DNA from: Minisyncoccota bacterium | Lineage (GTDB): Bacteria; Patescibacteriota; Minisyncoccia; Phycocordibacterales; CALRHW01 | Direction of reading: 5' to 3' | Length of the DNA: 64,000 nucleotides | NCBI GenBank assembly: GCA_046350795.1 | Contig: JAXLZT010000001.1 | Coordinates: forward strand, 484,705 to 548,704 | Shown here: positions 57,893 through 64,000 of the stretch, piece by piece | How the letters are laid out: every line of letters starts with the position of its first letter | Position numbering within the stretch: the stretch's first letter is position 1 | Made by a program: the position numbers and the translations under genes | Notes under the pieces: model-generated | The model's database searches: none | What the model was told of the DNA's origin: nothing | Seen by the model: only the letters and a program-made list of their open reading frames with translations

Positions 57893-59302
57893 TTGAGCTT
57901 GCATGTTACTATTGTGGCAATGGCAAACGAACCTTTTAAACGCGCAATGCGTGTACCACCACAAAGTATAGAAGCTGAGATGGCACTTCTCGGCTCTATT
58001 ATGCTTCGCCCAGAAGCTATACATGAAATAGTAGACACCATCAACAGTGGCTCTTTTTATTCTGAACGCAACAGAATAATATATGACACAATGGTTGAGT
58101 TGTTTAAAAAAGGCGAACCAATTGATTTGCTTTCACTCTCTTCTAGACTAAAAGAAAAAAATCTTCTCGATCAAGTGGGCGGTAACAGCTATCTAACCGA
58201 ACTCGTACATGTCGTTCCCTCTTCTGCAAATATAAAACACTATGGCGACATAGTGCATAAAAAAAGAATGATGCGTGACCTAATCGAAGCCTCAGAATTT
58301 ATTTGCCAACTAGGTTTTGAAGAGGCAGAAGAACTCGAACACATTTTAGATAAAGCAGAAAAAAAGATTTACGATGTGACAAATGTGTCTGGTGCACACA
58401 AATTTGTCGAACTAAAAGATACTTTAAATGAAGCCTGGGAGCGTCTCGACAAGCTTCACAATTCAAAAGGTGAAATGCGCGGTGTACCATCTGGTTTTCC
58501 AGATCTGGACAACCTGCTAGCTGGTTTCCAAAAATCCGACCTTATCATTTTGGCAGCTCGACCATCTGTGGGAAAAACCTCCCTTGCTCTCGATATAGCT
58601 CGCCAAGCTGCGATAAACCACAATGTGCCAGTTGGTATTTTTTCTTTGGAGATGAGTTCACAACAGCTCGTAGACAGAATGCTTTCCTCTCAAGCAAGCG
58701 TGGATGCTTGGAAACTACGCACAGGACGACTCACAGATGAAGCTGACTTTGCGTCTATCCGACAATCTCTAGACAAGCTTGCTACAGCACCTATTTTCAT
58801 AGACGATCAGCCAGGCAACAATATTCTCAAAATGCGTTCTGTGGCAAGACGACTAAAACGCGAAAAAGGTCTGGGTCTTATTGTTGTAGACTATTTACAG
58901 CTTATGATCCCTACTGGCGCTCGAGCAACCGACTCTATGGTGCAACAAGTTACAGAGATTTCTCGTTCGTTAAAAAATCTAGCTCGCGAACTAGATGTAC
59001 CTGTCATTGCCCTATCTCAGCTCTCTCGTGCTGTAGAACAACGCGGTGGCAAGCCTCGCCTTTCTGATTTACGTGATTCTGGATCCATAGAACAAGATGC
59101 TGACGTGGTGATGTTTATTCATCGTGAAGACAAATTTAAAGATCAAGCAGAACGTACAAATATCGCAGAAATTCTAATAGAAAAGCATCGAAATGGCCCG
59201 ACTGGAAAAGTAGACTTATATTTCAATGAAAAGAAATCCACTTTTCAAAGCATCGCAAAAGATAATTTTGGTGGAGCAGACAAAGAGTTTTCTAATTTTT
59301 AA
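57893..59302 (+). CDS. dnaB: replicative DNA helicase DnaB
   Basis: N-terminal domain (PPQSIEAEMALLGSIM) and RecA-like domain with Walker A SVGKTS. The true start may be the ATG at 57920 (MANEPF). Confidence 0.9.
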   Translation: MSLHVTIVAMANEPFKRAMRVPPQSIEAEMALLGSIMLRPEAIHEIVDTINSGSFYSERNRIIYDTMVELFKKGEPIDLLSLSSRLKEKNLLDQVGGNSYLTELVHVVPSSANIKHYGDIVHKKRMMRDLIEASEFICQLGFEEAEELEHILDKAEKKIYDVTNVSGAHKFVELKDTLNEAWERLDKLHNSKGEMRGVPSGFPDLDNLLAGFQKSDLIILAARPSVGKTSLALDIARQAAINHNVPVGIFSLEMSSQQLVDRMLSSQASVDAWKLRTGRLTDEADFASIRQSLDKLATAPIFIDDQPGNNILKMRSVARRLKREKGLGLIVVDYLQLMIPTGARATDSMVQQVTEISRSLKNLARELDVPVIALSQLSRAVEQRGGKPRLSDLRDSGSIEQDADVVMFIHREDKFKDQAERTNIAEILIEKHRNGPTGKVDLYFNEKKSTFQSIAKDNFGGADKEFSNF

Positions 59303-59330
59303 ATTTTTCTAATTTTTAAATTCTAAAAAC

Positions 59331-59948
59331 ATGAATTCGCTTCAAAAACTCACTTCACTTTTTGCAGAATTCCCTGGTATCGGTCCACGCCAAGCAAGAC
59401 GTTTTGCTTATTTTTTATTGACCAGAAATCAAACATATTTAAATGAAATCTCTGATCTAATAATAAAAATAAAGAAAGAAATAAATATCTGCACGTCTTG
59501 TTTTAGATTTTTTTTCCAAAATCATTCTGGATCAGACGTCTGCGATATTTGTTTAAGCAAAAATAGAGACACTTCCATACTTACTATCGTCAGTCGAGAT
59601 GTAGACTTTGAAAATATTGAAAAAACCGGTGTCTATAATGGAAAATATTTTATACTTGGCGGATCTGTACCGATATTAGATCAAATGCCGGAAAATAAAA
59701 TAAGAATAAAAGAACTAATGAAAAGTGTAGAGAAGCGCGCAGATGAGGGTCTACGTGAAATAGTACTTGCTTTAAACGCAAACCCAGAAGGAGAAAATAC
59801 TGGAGAATATATAAAAAAAATGCTGGCTTTACTGACCGAAAAACATGAATTAAAAATCTCAACACTTGGTCGCGGATTGTCTACTGGTACCGAGCTTGAA
59901 TACTCTGATGCAGAGACTTTAAAAAACGCTTTAAAAAATCGGCAATAG
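59331..59948 (+). CDS. recR: recombination protein RecR
   Basis: HhH motif, C4 zinc finger and Toprim domain. Confidence 0.9.
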   Translation: MNSLQKLTSLFAEFPGIGPRQARRFAYFLLTRNQTYLNEISDLIIKIKKEINICTSCFRFFFQNHSGSDVCDICLSKNRDTSILTIVSRDVDFENIEKTGVYNGKYFILGGSVPILDQMPENKIRIKELMKSVEKRADEGLREIVLALNANPEGENTGEYIKKMLALLTEKHELKISTLGRGLSTGTELEYSDAETLKNALKNRQ

Positions 59949-59978
59949 ATTGGGTTAAATTAAAAATACAAGTTAAGA

Positions 59979-60016
59979 GGGGCCCGCGCATACCGCGCGG
60001 GCCCCTTTCTATTTCG
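59979..60016. terminator. bidirectional terminator (GGGGCCCGCGC-atacc-GCGCGGGCCCC) between recR (+) and the cassette-E gene (-)
   Basis: An 11-bp perfect GC stem with T-rich tracts on both strands. Confidence 0.6.
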
Positions 60017-60039
60017 TCTGCTCCCGAAACCAGAGCTCC

Positions 60040-60492
60040 TCAGGTCTCCCAGTGCGGGATTCCAGTGAAGTCGATCTCCTTCTTCTCCTCGGGAGTCTCC
60101 TTGATCACCCCGAGCGCGGCAGCCCTCTCTTCTGCTGCCTTTTTCGCGTCTTCGACGGCATCCTCCACCCCCTTGATCAGGTCAGAGACCTTCAGTCGCC
60201 CAACTTCGAGGCGCTTGATCTGCTGATCGATCACGGTGCTGGAAATCTCAACGCCCACCAGATCCGACACATCGAGGTAGAACTCCTCGATGGCTGAAGG
60301 ATCGACCGACATGCTGACCTTGGAGGCACCCGCACCTCGCAACATGTCGGTGTCGACATGTGCTTCGAAGGCGAGCGCATCATTCCTCACAAAGGCGTCA
60401 GCCAGGTCATCTTCGATACCAAAGACTTCGATCAGAGACGCCGCGATCTTCTCCCTGACCGTCTCCGCTTTCTTTCTTGCTTCCGTGGCCAT
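60040..60492 (-). CDS. hypothetical acidic protein (150 aa) in GC-rich cassette E
   Basis: An ATG (MATEARKK...) preceded by a GGAGA Shine-Dalgarno with an 8-nt spacer. The track start at 60507 is an upstream TTG. GC-rich codons; own promoter and terminator. Confidence 0.5.
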   Translation of the reverse strand: MATEARKKAETVREKIAASLIEVFGIEDDLADAFVRNDALAFEAHVDTDMLRGAGASKVSMSVDPSAIEEFYLDVSDLVGVEISSTVIDQQIKRLEVGRLKVSDLIKGVEDAVEDAKKAAEERAAALGVIKETPEEKKEIDFTGIPHWET

Positions 60493-60558
60493 AGTGGCGT
60501 TCTCCAAGTATACGGAGGTTTACTGATCTGTGGGTTGCCAACGTGACAATCCGATATA

Positions 60559-60587
60559 ATTTATATCAGAAAATACAATTTTGTCAA
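60559..60587 (-). promoter_or_regulatory. sigma70-type promoter TTGACA-17-ATAAAT (minus strand) for cassette E
   Basis: Consensus -35 box, AT-rich -10 box, 17-nt spacer. Confidence 0.45.
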
Positions 60588-60606
60588 ATAAAATCGTGAT
60601 CCATAG

Positions 60607-60633
60607 AAATCAAAAACCGCCCTTTCAGGCGGT
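60607..60633. terminator. bidirectional terminator downstream of rplU (ACCGCC-ctttca-GGCGGT with A-tract and T-tract)
   Basis: A stem flanked by AAAAA and TTTTT. Confidence 0.5.
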
Positions 60634-60639
60634 TTTTGA

Positions 60640-60957
60640 TTATTTTATTGCTTCTATTTTTACCTTAAAAAATGGCTGTCTATGACCGTTTTTCTTTAAA
60701 TATCTACTCTTTTGTTTATATTTTATGACCTCTACCTTTTTTGCTCGGCCAGCTTCAGTAAAAGAAGCCACCACAGAAGCACCGTCTATAAAAGGAGTAC
60801 CAATAGTTGTATCTTTGCCGTTGTCCACTAGTAAAACCTTATCGAAGGTGATCTTATCACCTGCTTTAAAATCACCAGGAAGCTTCTCAATAGTGAGAAT
60901 GTCCCCTGCTTTTACCTGATATTGCTTACCGCCTGTTTGTATAACTGCAAATTCCAT
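60640..60957 (-). CDS. rplU: 50S ribosomal protein L21
   Basis: L21 family (MEFAVIQTGGKQYQV...). Confidence 0.95.
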   Translation of the reverse strand: MEFAVIQTGGKQYQVKAGDILTIEKLPGDFKAGDKITFDKVLLVDNGKDTTIGTPFIDGASVVASFTEAGRAKKVEVIKYKQKSRYLKKNGHRQPFFKVKIEAIK

Positions 60958-60966
60958 AGTCGTTAT

Positions 60967-60994
60967 ATTCTACATAAATAGCCCAAAAATGCAA
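60967..60994 (-). promoter_or_regulatory. promoter TTGCAT-16-TAGAAT (minus strand) for rplU
   Basis: Hexamers just upstream of the rplU ATG. Confidence 0.45.
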
Positions 60995-61003
60995 GAAAGT
61001 TTG

Positions 61004-61283
61004 GAAAAAAGGGAAGCCCCGGAGACGCGATGCATCAATCCGGGGCAGAGCGTTACACCCAGCTTGGCGACAGGGCGATCACGCTCTAGATACTGACTGG
61101 ATCACCTCCCGTTCTTGGATCCAAGGGCTTCAAGGCCAGATCTGCCTGATCCTGAAGCTTTGTGGCGAGATGGAAAACCCACGATAGTCTTCATGGTGAT
61201 AACTCCTCTGGCGCATTGCGCCGGTTGTTCACACATTGGTGCTAACCCGTTTATAAGTATAAACAGACAAACAAAAAATACAA
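61004..61283 (-). other. GC-rich cassette F, a compact minus-strand transcription unit (promoter TTGTAT-16-TATACT, leader hairpin, roughly 250-nt transcript, intrinsic terminator): sRNA or small-peptide mRNA
   Basis: -35 at 61278-83 and -10 at 61256-61. GGCGC-aat-GCGCC hairpin at 61210-22. Terminator CCCCGGAGA...TCCGGGG plus T-tract at 61004-45. Internal palindromes CAGATCTG and CTTGGATCCAAG. Confidence 0.45.
61102..61194 (-). CDS. candidate 30-aa peptide inside cassette F (MKTIVGFPSRHKASGSGRSGLEALGSKNGR)
   Basis: GAGGAG Shine-Dalgarno 8 nt upstream of the ATG. The longer track ORF 61102..61290 begins upstream of the predicted transcription start. Confidence 0.25.
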   Translation of the reverse strand: MKTIVGFPSRHKASGSGRSGLEALGSKNGR

Positions 61284-61296
61284 CCCCCAATTCCCC

Positions 61297-62370
61297 CTAT
61301 TCGTCAGCTTCTGGTTTTTCTAAAACCATAGTTTCTATTCCCACAGCCTGACCAGTAATCCTTAGCACATCTTTATCCAATTTTTTAAATTCTTTTGAGC
61401 TTGCATTGAAATGATTGATGGTGGTCGCAAGAGAGTTGCCCATTTTTTGATGATAGTCATCATAGCTTTTGAGGTGCTTACCAAGCTCGTCGACGCGCTT
61501 GATAATATCCTTTGCAGTATCTTCTATTTGCATTGCTTTTAGTCCCTGCAAGACAGTCTGTAGATATGCCAAAAAGGAAGTTGGCGACACAATAATCACC
61601 TTATATTTCCCCGCAGCGCGTTGTATCAGATTTTCTGTATCTTCTTTTAGCGCCCCAATTTTATTTATCAAAAGATCATAATAAATGGCTTCGTGTGGAA
61701 TAAACATAAAAGCAAAATCCATCGTATTTTCATTTGGACGAATATACTTTGCTGTCTCGACGATACGATTTTTTAAATCATTTACAAAGACTTTTTCTAA
61801 ACGCTCTTTTTCCACCGTATTTTTTTCCTCAATAATTCTATTGTAATTTTCTAGAGAAAACTTTGAGTCAATAGGTATAACTTTATCTTTTACAAACACT
61901 GCAGCATCTACTATTTCTCCATCAGTAAAAGCGTACTGCATTTGATATGATCCTGGTGGCAATACATTTTTTAGCAAAGTTTCTAGATAATATTCCCCCA
62001 CTATTCCGCGTTGTTTTGGATTTTTTAAAATATCTTGAAGTGACTGTAGCTGATCTGCAAAAGACACTACCTGCTTATTGGTCTCATCAAGTTTTGTGAG
62101 GCTTTGTGTTACTTCTTTTATAAGTCGAGAAGACTCGGAAAATTGATTGCGCATGGATTCATTTACCTGTTTGCTTGTCTCCCCTATCTTTGCATCCACG
62201 GTGCGAGTAAGCTCATTCATTTGCTGTAAAAGCAGGTTGAAACCGGTATCATTTTTACCAGCATCAGAGCTTGCTACAGATGATTTTTGTTTAGAAATTA
62301 AAAACCATACAAAAAACACATTACCCAAAAAGGCCACTAGCAAGATAATTAATAGCATTTCAACTGACAT
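61297..62370 (-). CDS. rmuC: DNA recombination protein RmuC
   Basis: N-terminal transmembrane helix, coiled-coil and the RmuC C-terminal domain. Confidence 0.8.
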   Translation of the reverse strand: MSVEMLLIILLVAFLGNVFFVWFLISKQKSSVASSDAGKNDTGFNLLLQQMNELTRTVDAKIGETSKQVNESMRNQFSESSRLIKEVTQSLTKLDETNKQVVSFADQLQSLQDILKNPKQRGIVGEYYLETLLKNVLPPGSYQMQYAFTDGEIVDAAVFVKDKVIPIDSKFSLENYNRIIEEKNTVEKERLEKVFVNDLKNRIVETAKYIRPNENTMDFAFMFIPHEAIYYDLLINKIGALKEDTENLIQRAAGKYKVIIVSPTSFLAYLQTVLQGLKAMQIEDTAKDIIKRVDELGKHLKSYDDYHQKMGNSLATTINHFNASSKEFKKLDKDVLRITGQAVGIETMVLEKPEADE

Positions 62371-62406
62371 ACCAAAAATTATAGCAAATTGTTATACTAT
62401 TAGCAT

Positions 62407-62862
62407 ATGACATTACAACAACAAATTAGAGATGGTATAAAACAAGCAATGCTTTCAAAAGACAGTGTACGGCTCAATGTTCTCCGAGGACTTGTGTCTG
62501 CTTTTACAAATGAACTCGTAGCTCAAAAAAGAAAGCCTCAAGAGGAGCTAAATGACGAAGAAGCACTCAATGTTATTAAAAGAAGCGTAAAACAAAGAAA
62601 AGACTCTATAGATCAGTTTAAAGCTGGTGGACGTGATGATCTAGTGGCCTCAGAAGAATCAGAACTGGCTATTTTACAGACCTTTTTGCCAGCAACGATG
62701 AGTAAAGACGCTATACGAGCAATAGCAGAAAAAAAGAAAGCCGAGCTCGGTGTGACAGACAAATCTAAAATGGGAGTGTTTATGGGTGCAGTAATGAAAG
62801 AGCTAAAGGGCCAAGCTGATGGCGCTGATGTAAAGGAAGTCATAGAAAGCCTTTTCAACTAA
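62407..62862 (+). CDS. GatB/YqeY domain-containing protein
   Basis: The YqeY family pattern across the whole length. Confidence 0.8.
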   Translation: MTLQQQIRDGIKQAMLSKDSVRLNVLRGLVSAFTNELVAQKRKPQEELNDEEALNVIKRSVKQRKDSIDQFKAGGRDDLVASEESELAILQTFLPATMSKDAIRAIAEKKKAELGVTDKSKMGVFMGAVMKELKGQADGADVKEVIESLFN

Positions 62863-62891
62863 AATTCAAAATCCGATTATCCACAGCCTAT

Positions 62892-62920
62892 TTGACTTTT
62901 GCGTGTTTTTGTGATAGATT
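62892..62920 (+). promoter_or_regulatory. sigma70-type promoter TTGACT-17-TAGATT for cassette G
   Basis: Near-consensus hexamers. The leader carries a GGGGA-cgt-TCCCC hairpin at 62941-53. Confidence 0.5.
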
Positions 62921-62982
62921 GATACAGGATGTTATGGCGTGGGGACGTTCCCCTAGCCAATTTCACACACGGAGGTGTAAAG

Positions 62983-63300
62983 ATGGTTCTCAGACCACAG
63001 ACAGAGGTCGAGCGTCTTGCCACCTACTCGGTGGCAAAATTTCGGGCAAATCCGAGAATGGGTTTACCGATCGCTATCATAGAGGTGCTCCGCTATGCGG
63101 GAAGAGAGTACCTCTATGAGAACGTGCTCAACGAATGTCGTCGCAGAAGTCAGATCAAGAGACGAGCAAAGAGTGATGCGCTCAAGAACACGACGACACA
63201 AGAATCCAAGCCGTGCCAAAAAGTGACAAAATCACATACTGGCACGGACACTCCTTTCCTCCCAGGAATGGAACCAACAAAGAAGTACAGGCTCACCTAA
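62983..63300 (+). CDS. hypothetical basic protein (105 aa) in GC-rich cassette G
   Basis: An ATG (MVLRPQ...) 7 nt after a GGAGG Shine-Dalgarno. The track ORF begins upstream at 62929. GC-rich codons; a terminator follows. Confidence 0.5.
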   Translation: MVLRPQTEVERLATYSVAKFRANPRMGLPIAIIEVLRYAGREYLYENVLNECRRRSQIKRRAKSDALKNTTTQESKPCQKVTKSHTGTDTPFLPGMEPTKKYRLT

Positions 63301-63320
63301 CGGTGCGCCTTTTGTTTTAT
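63290..63320 (+). terminator. intrinsic terminator of cassette G (GGCTCACC-taac-GGTGCGCC followed by TTTTGTTTT)
   Basis: A stem with one mismatch followed by a U-tract. Confidence 0.45.
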
Positions 63321-63337
63321 ATTTAAAACCTAACAGA

Positions 63338-64000
63338 TTATTGCAAAAACAGAGAGTCTATCGACTTCAAAATAGCATCTTTATTTTTAATCCAAACATC
63401 AGTATAAGCATCTACACCAATCCTATAATGAGCATCAGGAGTCAGAGCAAAATAAGCACTCTGAGTAACTTCTTTTTTACTTGTCTGACCTACATATGTT
63501 CCACTTAAATAAAAGAAGTCTCTGTTATTGATTGATATTTTTTTAATAGATGTATTAGTAAGTCCCAAACTCACACTCAAATCATCAGCCAAAAGAAGCA
63601 AAACCATATCTGCACCCATCTCTTGTATTTTTTTATCCATTTCTTTATCTCTTTCTATTCTTTCAACCATTATTTTTGCATTTAGAGCATTTTTTATCGA
63701 AACATCAGAGAAAGAAACCTTGGAAGTTTTTTCTGAATTTTCTTTACCAAGAACACTCCAACCAGTTGGTAAATTTATCGAAAATTTTGAAACTGTGTCT
63801 ACGTATGGTACGGACTGAATAAGCGGAGTGACGTTTGATGTTTTTGTTTGGCTTTCATTTTCAACAGCTTTTGGTTTTTTTGTCTCATCGACAAAAGAAA
63901 TCTGTTTTGTGTTTTCTGGTAACTTTATTCCACTTGATTCCCCACCGGTCTTTTTATGTAAATTTTTATAAGCAAAAAAACCAATTAATATAAGGGCTAT
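63338..64000 (-). CDS. hypothetical membrane-anchored protein, partial (N-terminus beyond the window end)
   Basis: Hand translation shows the minus-strand frame stays open from the track ORF (63338..63670) to the window edge. It encodes ...IALILIGFFAYKN (a transmembrane segment) followed by a Ser/Thr/Lys-rich region. Confidence 0.45.
   Translation of the reverse strand: MALILIGFFAYKNLHKKTGGESSGIKLPENTKQISFVDETKKPKAVENESQTKTSNVTPLIQSVPYVDTVSKFSINLPTGWSVLGKENSEKTSKVSFSDVSIKNALNAKIMVERIERDKEMDKKIQEMGADMVLLLLADDLSVSLGLTNTSIKKISINNRDFFYLSGTYVGQTSKKEVTQSAYFALTPDAHYRIGVDAYTDVWIKNKDAILKSIDSLFLQ

Noticed and set aside
60960-61300. Possible RNase P RNA, tmRNA or SRP RNA in GC-rich cassette F
   Set aside because: I looked for the P4 strands (GGAAAGTCCGG / ACAGAACCCGGCTTA), a tmRNA TPsiC/CCA end or tag ORF, and an SRP domain IV GGAA tetraloop with AGCAG motifs. 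None was found. It is kept only as an unassigned candidate sRNA or peptide unit.
1-64000. CRISPR arrays, tRNA or rRNA genes, transposases and integrases
   Set aside because: By-eye scanning of all intergenic regions found no regularly spaced repeats, no cloverleaf-like GC-rich 75-90-nt segments and no transposase- or integrase-like ORF. The defence island has no recognisable recombinase, so its mobility mechanism is not visible in this window.

Overview
This 64-kb window comes from an AT-rich (~35-40% GC), gene-dense bacterial chromosome using the standard genetic code. Compact genes, truncated aminoacyl-tRNA synthetases and the FemAB/M23/CAP/SLT cell-wall set suggest a reduced genome of the Patescibacteria/CPR type; that lineage call is inference. 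Core content includes: a DNA-repair and nuclease cluster (ATP-cone/Mrr-like nuclease, Cys4 PD-(D/E)xK nuclease, MGMT, UDG4); pepF and alaS; the ribosomal block infA-rpmJ-rpsM-rpsK-rpsD-rpoA-rplQ-rplM-rpsI; grpE-dnaK-dnaJ; trpS and aspS; scpAB, dacA-like, mraY-ftsW-murG and gltX; an M23 peptidase and femAB; CAP, GH1, membrane-protein and GH5-like genes; a MacAB-like efflux system; rpmA and rplI; ctp, a corA-like gene, cysS, dnaB, recR, rplU, rmuC and yqeY. No rRNA, tRNA, CRISPR array or transposase was seen. Two things stand out. First, a roughly 10-kb type I restriction-modification defence island, ordered fic - hsdM - two small ORFs - hsdS - 413-aa unknown - hsdR - small nuclease-fold ORF. 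The 413-aa unknown carries a C-terminal PD-(D/E)xK core and occupies the hsdS-hsdR slot that PrrC/RloC anticodon nucleases use in other systems. The island ends at a 5-prime-truncated MBL-fold hydrolase remnant. Second, seven short GC-rich (~50-58%) cassettes lie scattered among the housekeeping genes. Each is a self-contained unit with a near-consensus sigma70 promoter, a stem-loop in the 5-prime leader (five of the seven), usually a strong Shine-Dalgarno, a small ORF rich in G/C-ending codons that matches no protein I recognise, and its own intrinsic terminator. One of them may be an sRNA rather than a peptide gene. All coordinates are hand-derived; small signals may be off by 1-2 nt.
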